Both the position numbers and the translations under genes were made by a program. DNA of 64,000 bases from a virus: the IMG/VR virus record IMGVR_UViG_3300031857_000038, positions 32,001 through 96,000 of that record; one strand, written 5' to 3'. Of the stretch, positions 55,598-64,000 are shown one piece after another (position 1 is the stretch's first letter; each line of letters starts with the position of its first letter). The notes under the pieces are model-generated. The model worked only from the letters and a program-made list of their open reading frames with translations. It did not search any database and had not been told where the DNA came from.

Positions 55598-55858
55598 ATG
55601 GATAGAACGTTTAACACTGCAATAGAAGCTAGGGAAATCATCGGTGACCTACGTATTCAGTTGAAGCGTCTTCCATACAATCCTGACCTCATGAAATTCT
55701 GTAACAATATTGGTGAAATGAATAACACCCTTAGTCGCCTTGAGGTTGAAATGCGCCAAACTCGTAAATCATATAAGTTTGATGCACATAAGGAAGACAT
55801 GATCAAGGCTATCAATCATCTTGAGCAGCTTATCCTTATGGCAAAACTCATGGCATAA
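55598..55858 (+). CDS. Hypothetical helical protein (86 aa)
   Basis: Clean ORF after a TTGACT-N17-TAGTGT promoter-like sequence (55563-55591). Confidence 0.7.
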   Translation: MDRTFNTAIEAREIIGDLRIQLKRLPYNPDLMKFCNNIGEMNNTLSRLEVEMRQTRKSYKFDAHKEDMIKAINHLEQLILMAKLMA

Positions 55859-55886
55859 AAAAATATCCACTAAGGCGAAAAAGTGG

Positions 55887-55915
55887 TTGACTTACCCCTC
55901 ACAATGTCGTATAAC
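55887..55915 (+). promoter_or_regulatory. Sigma70-like promoter TTGACT-N17-TATAAC
   Basis: Correct spacing, upstream of the AAA gene, which has a TAAGGAG Shine-Dalgarno. Confidence 0.7.
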
Positions 55916-55978
55916 AAGACTATAGAGAGCAACGAAGCAAACACTCTCTGTATTTGTTCAAACTAAGGAGCTTAAATT

Positions 55979-57079
55979 ATGTCTCAGATGTCCGATAATC
56001 TCACTATCACTTCAATTCAGGCCCGTAAGGCAATTCTCGCTGCGTTTAAGGCAAAGCGTCCTGTCTTTCTTTGGGGCCCTCCAGGCATCGGTAAGTCCGA
56101 ATGCGTTCAGGAAATCACTGATGAACTCGGTGGTTACATGGTCGATTTGCGTATGGCGCAGATGGAACCGACTGACATTCGCGGTATCCCCTACTTCAAC
56201 AAGGATATCGGCAAGATGGATTGGGCCGAGCCTGTCGATCTTCCTAGCGAAGAACTCGCTGCACAGTATCCGATTGTGGTTCTGTTTCTTGACGAAATGA
56301 ACTCTGCCCCGCCCGCTGTTCAGGCTGCTGGTTATCAGCTTATTCTGAACCGTCGTGTTGGTAAGTACAAGCTGCCTGATAACGTTGTTATCGTTGCTGC
56401 TGGTAACCGCGATAGCGACAAGGGCGTTACATATCGTATGCCGATGCCGCTTGCTAACCGTTTCGTTCACCTTGAAATGCGTCCTGACTTCAATTCTTGG
56501 CAGCAGTGGGCTGTTAACAAGGGCGTTCACAAGGACGTTGTTGGTTATCTCTCGTTCGCTAAGCAGGATATGTACGACTTTGACGCTAAGGCTTCGTCTC
56601 GTGCCTTCGCTACCCCGCGTTCGTGGGTGTTCGTGAGCGACTTGCTTACTGACGAGGACAACGTTGATAACGATACGCTGTTCAATCTCGTTGCTGGTGC
56701 AGTTGGTGACGGTCTCGCTACTAAGTTCATGGCACATCGTCGTGTTGCTGGTCAGATGCCGAACCCCGCTGACATTCTTGATGGTAAGGTCAAGGACCTT
56801 AAGGTCAAGGAAATCTCTGCGATGTATTCGCTTACGATTTCTATGTGCTACGAACTTAAGGAAGCACTTGACAACAAGCGTGTTGATAACAAGCAGTTCC
56901 ACGTGATGGCTGATAACTTCTTTGAATACATCATGAAGAACTTCGAAACTGAACTGGTTGTGATGGGTGCTAAGATTGCGCTTAAGACGTACCGTCTGCC
57001 GATTGAGCCCTCGCAGCTTTCTAACTTTGACGAGTTCCACAAGAAGTACGGTAAGTACATCGTGGAAGCTGGCAACTAA
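55979..57079 (+). CDS. MoxR/dynein-related AAA+ ATPase (366 aa)
   Basis: Walker A GPPGIGKS, Walker B LFLDE, AAGNR, LANRF and TPRSW. Confidence 0.9.
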   Translation: MSQMSDNLTITSIQARKAILAAFKAKRPVFLWGPPGIGKSECVQEITDELGGYMVDLRMAQMEPTDIRGIPYFNKDIGKMDWAEPVDLPSEELAAQYPIVVLFLDEMNSAPPAVQAAGYQLILNRRVGKYKLPDNVVIVAAGNRDSDKGVTYRMPMPLANRFVHLEMRPDFNSWQQWAVNKGVHKDVVGYLSFAKQDMYDFDAKASSRAFATPRSWVFVSDLLTDEDNVDNDTLFNLVAGAVGDGLATKFMAHRRVAGQMPNPADILDGKVKDLKVKEISAMYSLTISMCYELKEALDNKRVDNKQFHVMADNFFEYIMKNFETELVVMGAKIALKTYRLPIEPSQLSNFDEFHKKYGKYIVEAGN

Positions 57080-57092
57080 GCCAGCAAGCTCC

Positions 57093-57126
57093 GGGGGAGG
57101 GTTCGAGACAGCCCTCCCCCATTTTT
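57093..57126 (+). terminator. Rho-independent terminator
   Basis: GGGGGAGGGT...GCCCTCCCCC hairpin followed by ATTTTT. Confidence 0.8.
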
Positions 57127-57139
57127 CGTAGGTATTAAT

Positions 57140-57340
57140 ATGAGCATAGCCACTTGCGCGGTTTGCGGTGTCCAAGTAGAAAGAACACTTCATCAATTCC
57201 CTACTCGCAAGTATCCGCACAATGCTCCCTACCTTGCTGCTCTATATCACCGAGATCCGTTTTGGGGTAAAGGTGACTTTGAAGAATATTGCAGCGCCAA
57301 ATGCGCTACAGAAGCGTTCTTAAAAAGCAAACAAACTTGA
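57140..57340 (+). CDS. Small Zn-finger-like protein (66 aa)
   Basis: CAVC...YCSAKC. Confidence 0.6.
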   Translation: MSIATCAVCGVQVERTLHQFPTRKYPHNAPYLAALYHRDPFWGKGDFEEYCSAKCATEAFLKSKQT

Positions 57341-57349
57341 AGTTTTTGG

Positions 57350-57378
57350 TTGACAATACCCTTAAGGTTTGTTATATT
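57350..57378 (+). promoter_or_regulatory. Sigma70-like promoter TTGACA-N17-TATATT
   Basis: Correct spacing, followed by a TAAGGAG Shine-Dalgarno and the ATG at 57404. Confidence 0.7.
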
Positions 57379-57403
57379 GACTATATCAACTAAGGAGATT
57401 TCT

Positions 57404-58720
57404 ATGAGTGACGTTATTCCCGGTACTGCGACTAAGCCTAAGAAGGGCAAGCGCACCCGTAGCAAGAAGTTTGAAAATCTGATTGGTCCGACTGACCCTA
57501 AGATTGATCACGAAGCCCGTGAGCGTCTTATTACCGCTCGTATCGGTCTCCTGCTCCGTCAAAGCTTTTTCGGTAATCTCGCTACTCGTATGCAGCTTGT
57601 AAACGCTGACGAATGGTGCTCCACTGCTGCTACTGACGGTCTGCGTTTCTACTACAACAGTCGTTTCATTAAGATGCTTCGCACTAAGGAAGTTGAATTC
57701 CTTGTCGGTCACGAAGTTCTTCACGTTGTTTACGATCACCTTGGTCGTCGTGACAATCGTGACCCTGAGATTTGGAACATTGCTAACGACTATGCCGTTA
57801 ATGCTGACCTCAAGCGTCACAAGGTCGGTGAAATGATTACTACTGTTCCTGCTCTTTATGAGAGCAAGTACGATGGTCTTGCTTCGGAAGTCATTTACGA
57901 CGACCTCATGAAGAATGTCAAGTATATCAACATTGACGACCTTCTTGACAAGATGCTTGACGATCACCTTGAAGATGAAGGTCAAGGTTCTGGTGATGGT
58001 GACGAAGATGGCGAAGGCAATGGTCAGAAGGGTAATGGTAAGCGTCCGCGGATGAGTCCTGAGGAGCGTGAACAGGCCCGTCAGGAAATGAAGCAGGCTA
58101 TTCTTAACGCTGCACAGACTGCCGAAGCTGGTACTATTCCGCTGGGCGTTGAACGTCTTATCAAGCAGCTTACTGACCCTGTCATGCCCTGGCGTGAACT
58201 TATCCAAACTAATTTGACCTCTGCTATCAAGTCCGATTACACTTGGATGCGTCCTTCTCGTCGTTCTTGGCACATGGATGCTGTTATGCCTGGTATGAAT
58301 CCTGGTGAAGAAATTGACGTTGATATCTATATTGATATGTCAGGTTCTATCAGTAATAAGCAGGGTATGCAGTTCCTTAGCGAAGTTGGTGGTATGATGG
58401 AAGCGTTTGATGGTTACTCGCTCCGCGTCACTTGCTTTGATACTCGCTGCTACAACACGCAGGAGTATACGAGCGAGAACATGGAGAACATTGAGGAGTA
58501 TCAGCTTCACGGTGGCGGCGGTACCGACTTTGATAGCATCTTTGATGACCTCAAGGAAGCTGGTCGTGTTCCCAATCGCTTGATTGTCTTCACTGATGGT
58601 TATCCGTGCGGTAGCTGGGGTGATGCTGATTACTGTGATACGACTTGGATCATTCACGGTGACCCCAATCCGAACCCGCCCTTCGGTACATATGCTATCT
58701 ACGATGATCACAAAAAATAA
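57404..58720 (+). CDS. Metallopeptidase-like (HExxH) + VWA domain protein (DUF2201-like), partner of the AAA ATPase
   Basis: TAATDG...HEVLH...WNIANDYAVN, MIDAS DMSGS, GGGGTDF and FTDG. Start corrected to 57404. Confidence 0.88.
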   Translation: MSDVIPGTATKPKKGKRTRSKKFENLIGPTDPKIDHEARERLITARIGLLLRQSFFGNLATRMQLVNADEWCSTAATDGLRFYYNSRFIKMLRTKEVEFLVGHEVLHVVYDHLGRRDNRDPEIWNIANDYAVNADLKRHKVGEMITTVPALYESKYDGLASEVIYDDLMKNVKYINIDDLLDKMLDDHLEDEGQGSGDGDEDGEGNGQKGNGKRPRMSPEEREQARQEMKQAILNAAQTAEAGTIPLGVERLIKQLTDPVMPWRELIQTNLTSAIKSDYTWMRPSRRSWHMDAVMPGMNPGEEIDVDIYIDMSGSISNKQGMQFLSEVGGMMEAFDGYSLRVTCFDTRCYNTQEYTSENMENIEEYQLHGGGGTDFDSIFDDLKEAGRVPNRLIVFTDGYPCGSWGDADYCDTTWIIHGDPNPNPPFGTYAIYDDHKK

Positions 58721-58973
58721 TCCGATAGCAATAGTTGGGGCGACTATATACGAGTCCCCGGACGGTGGAAAGACGGTCTACGCAAGAAAGCGTGGATCGT
58801 CTGACCGCGTTTTAGTCCGCAAAGATGATACCGTAGAGGAAACTAAACAGCTTCTTGCTAGACGAGACCGGCTTACAAAAATCTGTGAATTGGCTAAAAC
58901 AGTTCCCGCGTTAAACGACCAGCTAGAGAAGCTTGAAGAAATATATTTGTTGGTGAAAAATGAAAACGATTGA
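58704..58973 (+). CDS. Hypothetical protein with IYESPDGGKTVYAR motif
   Basis: Probable start at ATG 58704 (or 58692). Overlaps its neighbours. Confidence 0.65.
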   Translation: MITKNNPIAIVGATIYESPDGGKTVYARKRGSSDRVLVRKDDTVEETKQLLARRDRLTKICELAKTVPALNDQLEKLEEIYLLVKNEND

Positions 58974-59196
58974 CGATATCAACTTACACACTTGGTTTAC
59001 TGACCGTGAATTAGATTTCACGCCTCCGCATTTTGTTAAGTCAGGAACTGTCTTGACTGACGAATCTAAGATTTGGATTCTAGAAAAGCTGGCCGGTAGA
59101 TTTGCAATCTCTGGACATGAGGGCTTCTTTGGCTCTCTATCACCAGCGTTTGAAGATCCAAAGGAAGCGTTGTTTTATGAACTTAAGTGGGGTTAA
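58960..59196 (+). CDS. Small protein, C-terminal FEDP...F(Y)ELKW family (78 aa)
   Basis: Ends AFEDPKEALFYELKWG. Confidence 0.7.
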   Translation: MKTIDDINLHTWFTDRELDFTPPHFVKSGTVLTDESKIWILEKLAGRFAISGHEGFFGSLSPAFEDPKEALFYELKWG

Positions 59197-59494
59197 GGCT
59201 ACTGGTGTTTGGATAGACGAAATGGGTTTTGAACCTGCGGCTAGGCGCATAGCTACATTTACTAAAGACACTAAACTCTTAATTGATAAAACACCTTATC
59301 ATTATGCTAATCCAATAATGTACTCATTTACTGAATTGGAGGAAATGGCTCAGTGGTGCTGGGACACCTTTGGACCTTGTGGGCATCACCAAGAAACTAT
59401 GCGAACAGTCTGGAACTATCGTTCAGATCCAGACTATATCTTTTGGTTTGCAGAAGAAAAACACTTAACGATGTTCATCTTGCGATGGTCATGA
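59177..59494 (+). CDS. Small protein, C-terminal F-x-LRW family
   Basis: WCWDTFG...FWFAEEKHLTMFILRWS. Start moved to ATG 59177. Confidence 0.65.
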   Translation: MNLSGVKATGVWIDEMGFEPAARRIATFTKDTKLLIDKTPYHYANPIMYSFTELEEMAQWCWDTFGPCGHHQETMRTVWNYRSDPDYIFWFAEEKHLTMFILRWS

Positions 59495-59724
59495 CTAAGG
59501 TGCGCATTGGCGCCAGTATGGCATCTAACGTATTAGAAGTACTCATTTGGCTGAGTGATAATGTAGGCGACTCAGACTTACGCCGACATTTTGATAGCCA
59601 TGCTACTCATTATTACGGTGAAAATTGGGAAGCTAGATGGTGCCAATTTGGAGCAGGATGGTTTATGGATGTAATATTCAATGATCCTAAACACGCAACA
59701 CTCTTTAGTTTGCGTTGGAAATAA
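59491..59724 (+). CDS. Small protein, C-terminal F-x-LRW family
   Basis: WLSDNVG...IFNDPKHATLFSLRWK. ATGA-coupled start at 59491. Confidence 0.65.
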   Translation: MTKVRIGASMASNVLEVLIWLSDNVGDSDLRRHFDSHATHYYGENWEARWCQFGAGWFMDVIFNDPKHATLFSLRWK

Positions 59725-59784
59725 AAATATTCTCCAACCAATTTAGCAATTAAATACAAGTGCGAATTTACAAGGAGAACGCAA

Positions 59785-60483
59785 ATGGCTTTTTTAAGAC
59801 ACGTAGGGAAGCACGGTGATCGCAAGGTAGCGGTCGTATTTCGTGAAGTACCCGGCGAGCCACACATGTGTTTGGTAGTATATACAGAACTATTGAACAG
59901 AACTGTTCATGACCCGCTAGTAAAATGTATTGAGAGCGAGATTGGTCAGAATAGCAAGAATTTAGCGGATGCATTAAACCGCAGTTACACCACAGATGGT
60001 CTTATCATCTTACAGAAACTTCATGCTGAAGGTCAGCTTAAGAAGGTTCAAACTGAACTTGTCGTAATGACCCCAACACCCGGAACACAGATTAAGCTTA
60101 GTGAACTAAACACTATCCTTGATGAAATGGAAAGAGGTGAAGCAGCAGTGCAGAAGCTTGCTGATATGGATAGTCAGATGGGTATGCAGGATCCAGTACA
60201 AGTTGCTAAGCGTATGCGCGGTGATGCAGTACCACAGGACACTGTTCCACCAGTTGCACCTTTAACAGCATCAGGCGACGCATTGGGTGACAATGCTATT
60301 GCTAACAATCTTCGTCAACAGGCGATGAGAATGTCAGCAGAAGCAAAGGGACTACTCGCAGAAGCAGATAGGCTATTGCAAGAAGCTAATACAATGGATC
60401 CAGTAGCATCTGCACCCGTAGTAAGCACTTCCGCAGCAGCAAAAAAGACTAGAGGAAGACCAAAGAAGGTCCTTACTGCATAA
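59785..60483 (+). CDS. Hypothetical phage protein (232 aa) with basic C-terminal KKTRGRPKK tail
   Basis: AAGGAG Shine-Dalgarno, TTAAATA at 59750 and an AT-hook-like RGRP. Confidence 0.75.
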   Translation: MAFLRHVGKHGDRKVAVVFREVPGEPHMCLVVYTELLNRTVHDPLVKCIESEIGQNSKNLADALNRSYTTDGLIILQKLHAEGQLKKVQTELVVMTPTPGTQIKLSELNTILDEMERGEAAVQKLADMDSQMGMQDPVQVAKRMRGDAVPQDTVPPVAPLTASGDALGDNAIANNLRQQAMRMSAEAKGLLAEADRLLQEANTMDPVASAPVVSTSAAAKKTRGRPKKVLTA

Positions 60484-60494
60484 GGTGTTAGTTA

Positions 60495-60791
60495 ATGTCC
60501 CCTGAATTTATTGAAAAGTGGGAAAAATTACTTGAAGATGTTGACAAACAGCAAATTCCAGTTGAGTTTATTAAAAAAATTGTATTGAAGCTAGTAGGAA
60601 GAAAACAACATACTATTAATATACAGCGACTACTGGAACAAGGACTTTACCCTGACGAAATTGAAGATGCAATCAGTACTAAGCTTATTGAATTAGATGA
60701 GTTAGTTACAGGAATTGAGTTCATCTTAAATGTAGAAAGTATTGCGGAAACAGTCCAACCCGAAACTGACAGATTATTGAATGGACTATGA
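60495..60791 (+). CDS. Hypothetical protein (98 aa)
   Basis: Clean ORF coupled to DHFR. Confidence 0.7.
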   Translation: MSPEFIEKWEKLLEDVDKQQIPVEFIKKIVLKLVGRKQHTINIQRLLEQGLYPDEIEDAISTKLIELDELVTGIEFILNVESIAETVQPETDRLLNGL

Positions 60792-61234
60792 AATTAATAT
60801 TAGCATGTGACCCAAATGGGGGTATAGGCTATCAAAACAGATTGCCCTGGAGTAACATTCAGGGCGATTTGCCAAGATTCAAGCGTTTGACTGAAGGACA
60901 ACCAGTGATAATGGGACGCAATACTTGGGATAGCTTACCAAAGAAACCATTACCCAATCGTATCAATATCGTTGTTACGTCAAGGCCCTTTGAACATGAA
61001 GGGGTAACTTGCGTATCTGATATCATGGACCACACTGATTGGTATTGGCTTATCGGTGGCGCCAAACTAATAGAACAATCATGGTCATATATCAATGAAG
61101 TTCATTTGACAAGAGTATACGACCATTACACTTGCGATACCTTCATAGATTTGCTATATCTAGAAGCTAACTTTACTAGAACATGGAGCGAAGTGTTCCC
61201 TGATCACAGATACGAAATTTGGAAAAGAAAATGA
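60788..61234 (+). CDS. folA: Dihydrofolate reductase
   Basis: IGYQNRLPW, DLPRFK, IMGRNTWDS, PLPNRINIVVT, IGG and CDTF. Confidence 0.95.
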   Translation: MKLILACDPNGGIGYQNRLPWSNIQGDLPRFKRLTEGQPVIMGRNTWDSLPKKPLPNRINIVVTSRPFEHEGVTCVSDIMDHTDWYWLIGGAKLIEQSWSYINEVHLTRVYDHYTCDTFIDLLYLEANFTRTWSEVFPDHRYEIWKRK

Positions 61235-62061
61235 AGCAATATCACGATTTACTTGAAGACATACTAAATAACGGTGAACGAAAAGATGATAGAACCGGAG
61301 TTGGTACTATCAGCGTATTCGGTCGTCAACTTAGATTTAATCTATCAGAGGGTTTCCCCGCTGTTACTACAAAGAAATTAGCGTGGAAATCAGTAGTAAG
61401 TGAATTATTGTGGTTTATAGAAGGGAGCGGAGATGAGAGAAGACTTGCGGAAATTTTACACGGATCCAGAGATACTGAACGTAGCACAATATGGACAGGA
61501 AACGCTCAAGCAGCTTATTGGACTCCAAAAGCGAGATACTACGGGGATTTGGGCAGAGTATACGGCGTACAGTGGAGAGACTGGCGAGGAGTTGACCAAC
61601 TCTCAAATCTAATTGAGGGTATCAAGACTGACCCGAACGGTCGCAGACATATCATCACTGCGTGGAATGTAGACGAACTAGACAAGATGGCGTTGCCTCC
61701 CTGCCACGTTCTCGCACAGTTTTATGTAAGCAATGGCAAACTAAGCTGCCACATGTATCAGCGTAGCGTTGACGTATTCCTTGGACTACCCTTCAACATC
61801 GCTAGCTATGCATTACTCACTCACTTGATTGCACAGGTATGTGACCTAAAGGTAGGCGAACTTATCATTTCAACTGGCGACACGCATATCTATAGCAATC
61901 ATATTGAACAGGTTAACGAACAGTTAAGCAGAGAAGAATACCCATTACCTGCACTTTTCCTCAATCCTGAGATAAAAAACATTGACAAATTCGCAATGGA
62001 TGATATACTGTTATTTGACTATCAGAGTCATGGAACTATTAAGGCTGATATGGCAGTATGA
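61231..62061 (+). CDS. thyA: Thymidylate synthase
   Basis: DRTGVGT, ELLWF, YGVQWR, RRHII.AWN, LPPCH, YQRS.D.FLGLPFN and GDTHIY. Confidence 0.97.
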   Translation: MKQYHDLLEDILNNGERKDDRTGVGTISVFGRQLRFNLSEGFPAVTTKKLAWKSVVSELLWFIEGSGDERRLAEILHGSRDTERSTIWTGNAQAAYWTPKARYYGDLGRVYGVQWRDWRGVDQLSNLIEGIKTDPNGRRHIITAWNVDELDKMALPPCHVLAQFYVSNGKLSCHMYQRSVDVFLGLPFNIASYALLTHLIAQVCDLKVGELIISTGDTHIYSNHIEQVNEQLSREEYPLPALFLNPEIKNIDKFAMDDILLFDYQSHGTIKADMAV

Positions 62062-62297
62062 AAACAATCGTTGCTCACCGTTTCACTGTCGGAGACGTTG
62101 AAGATCCTGATATCTATGCTGCCGAACCTCTTTGGGAATGGCAGAACAGCGAAGCAGGCAAGTGGGCAATGGAAAACTGTGCTGAGACTCCCAGTTGGCA
62201 CCGTGTAATGGACCCGGCTAAATTTGGCTACACTTACCAAATAAAAATTGATTTGACCCCTGAACAATATACCTACTGGAAGTTGAAATACGAATGA
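62058..62297 (+). CDS. Small hypothetical protein (79 aa)
   Basis: DVEDPDIYAAEP...W, ends YWKLKYE. ATGA-coupled. Confidence 0.7.
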   Translation: MKTIVAHRFTVGDVEDPDIYAAEPLWEWQNSEAGKWAMENCAETPSWHRVMDPAKFGYTYQIKIDLTPEQYTYWKLKYE

Positions 62298-62584
62298 AAA
62301 CCCGTGAAGAAATCATCAATAACATGTGCATGACCTTCCGTCATGATTATGGTCTAGAAATCAGCGAAGATGATAGAATGTACACTCTTATGTCAGGTAT
62401 GACGAAGCGTGAGCGTGAAGAATTGTACAACACGATGGCACAAATCTTCGATAATGATATTGCACCTCTTGTAGATTCTGCTATGAAGTATGAAGCCGGT
62501 ACGCATTGTCCTATCCCTCAAAACATTGAGCAAGCTAAGGGCATGATGCTAATTGCTGAAAATTATTTGAAAAGCTATTCATGA
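62294..62584 (+). CDS. Hypothetical protein (96 aa)
   Basis: MCMTFRHDYGL...SGMT...MAQIFDNDIAP. ATGA-coupled. Confidence 0.7.
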   Translation: MKTREEIINNMCMTFRHDYGLEISEDDRMYTLMSGMTKREREELYNTMAQIFDNDIAPLVDSAMKYEAGTHCPIPQNIEQAKGMMLIAENYLKSYS

Positions 62585-63549
62585 GAATTCTAGTAACAGG
62601 CGGCATGGGCTTCATTGGGCATAATATTGTTGCCCAACTTGAAGACATGGGATATGACGATATCACGCTTGTTGACAATTTTACTACATATGGAATCATT
62701 CCCGAAGATGAACTAAATGCTTTGATGCTAGAGCGTCAAACAAAAATCTCATCGGTCTGTTATGAATATAACATTGCACTATCAGAGGTAGAAACTGCAT
62801 TTAGAGCAGTAAAACCCGACCTTGTAATTCATCTTGCTAGCTTCCCTAGACAGAAGGTAGTCAACAGCAATCCTACATTAGCCGCAGATACTATGATGAA
62901 AGGCTTACTCAACCTGTGCGAGTTGAGTTGTAAGTATCAAGTCAAGCGTTTTGTATATGTCAGCAGCAGCATGGTCTATGGTGACTTCAAAGATGGCACT
63001 GATGAATATGCATTCTGCAAGCCGCAGGGTCAGTATGCTATTATGAAACTTGCGGGAGAGCATCTAGTCAGAGACTACGGTCATCGCGGATGCTTTGATT
63101 ATACAATCGTTCGCCCCAGTGCTGTTTACGGTCCCTGTGACGTTGAGGATAGGGTAATCTCCAAATTCTTTATGGCTGCAATGCGGGACGAAGTGCTTAA
63201 GGTTAACGGGGAACACGAGCGACTAGACTTTACATACGTAGCAGATACCGCCTCAGGCATCGTAGGAGCGTCCCTTAGTAAGGACACAGCGTTCAGAACA
63301 TATAACATTACTCGTGGCGAATCTAGAACCTTACTTGAAGCAGCACAGCTTATCACAAAGATTGTTGGCAAAGGTAAGATTGAAGTGACGCATAAGAGCG
63401 AAGACTACCCAAGTCGCGGCACATTAAGTATCAACGCAGCCCGCAGAGACTTTGGATATAATCCCACTGTCAACATTGAAGAAGGATTCCAAAACTACTA
63501 TGAGTGGCTATCTAATTCCTCATTTTGGTCTAGCAAGACAATACTATAA
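62581..63549 (+). CDS. NAD-dependent sugar epimerase/dehydratase (extended SDR, 322 aa)
   Basis: TGGMGFIG, HLAS, SSSMVYG, YAIMK (YxxxK), RPSAVYGP and DFTYV. Confidence 0.9.
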   Translation: MRILVTGGMGFIGHNIVAQLEDMGYDDITLVDNFTTYGIIPEDELNALMLERQTKISSVCYEYNIALSEVETAFRAVKPDLVIHLASFPRQKVVNSNPTLAADTMMKGLLNLCELSCKYQVKRFVYVSSSMVYGDFKDGTDEYAFCKPQGQYAIMKLAGEHLVRDYGHRGCFDYTIVRPSAVYGPCDVEDRVISKFFMAAMRDEVLKVNGEHERLDFTYVADTASGIVGASLSKDTAFRTYNITRGESRTLLEAAQLITKIVGKGKIEVTHKSEDYPSRGTLSINAARRDFGYNPTVNIEEGFQNYYEWLSNSSFWSSKTIL

Positions 63550-64000
63550 CCTGCAAGATGAGTTGCTAGACGCAACGCATGAAGCCTTAAAGGAAGGGGT
63601 GTTGATTAATGGACCCTTCACTGCTACCTTTGAATCTTGGCTATGTGAGCGCACTGGTTGCAAGTACGCAACTGTTACACATAGTGGTACGCAAGCATTA
63701 GAGCTTATTGCAGGTTATCACTATGAAATGAATTTTTTGGCAGGATACGAAGAACCGCCTAAGATACGAATTCCAAACTTAACGTACCCTGCTACACTTA
63801 ACGCATTTCATACTACGGGCTGGGATATCGAACTAGTTGATACAGACAACACCGGTCTAATGAAATTTGACGAATATGAAGACCACTTAGGCACCTATCA
63901 TTGCTTTGTGGGACTGTACGGTGCTGCTGGAAAAAGAAATTTATATTCTCCCTTTATAGTAGACGGCGCCCAACATTGGTTATCAGTCACTAAAGATGAG
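63500..64000 (+). CDS. DegT/DnrJ/EryC1/StrS aminotransferase, 3'-truncated (not in ORF track)
   Basis: Hand translation MSGYLIPHFGLARQY...HSGTQALEL...PNLTYPATLNA...VGLYG...VDGAQH, open to the window end. Confidence 0.85.
   Translation, partial: MSGYLIPHFGLARQYYNLQDELLDATHEALKEGVLINGPFTATFESWLCERTGCKYATVTHSGTQALELIAGYHYEMNFLAGYEEPPKIRIPNLTYPATLNAFHTTGWDIELVDTDNTGLMKFDEYEDHLGTYHCFVGLYGAAGKRNLYSPFIVDGAQHWLSVTKDE

Noticed and set aside
57350-57403. ORF-track N-terminal extension of the VWA gene (similar extensions at 19278, 23712, 30306, 51029, 58584, 59102, 59353, 61219)
   Set aside because: The extensions overlap promoters or upstream genes. Downstream ATGs have a Shine-Dalgarno or stop-start coupling.
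56012-58273. Long minus-strand ORFs (402 aa and 295 aa)
   Set aside because: Antisense shadows of the AAA and VWA genes, caused by avoidance of TTA/CTA/TCA codons. No recognisable motifs.

Overview
A 64-kb piece of a large T4-like (myovirus/jumbo-type) bacteriophage genome. Every credible gene is on the + strand. From left to right: (1) a virion module, made up of a 5'-truncated >4,400-aa baseplate/fibre-type protein, two paralogous tail-fibre genes (one with an 11x HxH needle, one with a C-terminal chaperone-like domain) and small structural genes. (2) A ~32-kb, ~27-gene biosynthetic cluster (19.3-51.1 kb), apparently late-transcribed. It has six radical SAM enzymes (two cobalamin-binding), several glycosyltransferase-like proteins, four SGNH-like proteins, a GDP-mannose 3,5-epimerase-like enzyme, a nucleotide-sugar dehydrogenase, a short DegT aminotransferase, an amidinotransferase, a carbamoyltransferase and a 1915-aa repeat protein. 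(3) Small genes, including an unannotated Bfd-like ferredoxin, and a circularly permuted two-piece tmRNA with both alphaproteobacterial signatures. (4) A 940-aa polyvalent protein (NTase, PG-binding, ParB-like, ART-like). (5) A MoxR-type AAA/VWA pair with strong codon bias and sigma70-like promoters. (6) DHFR, ThyA, an SDR epimerase and a partial DegT. Functional calls come from motif recognition by eye; no database searches were run.
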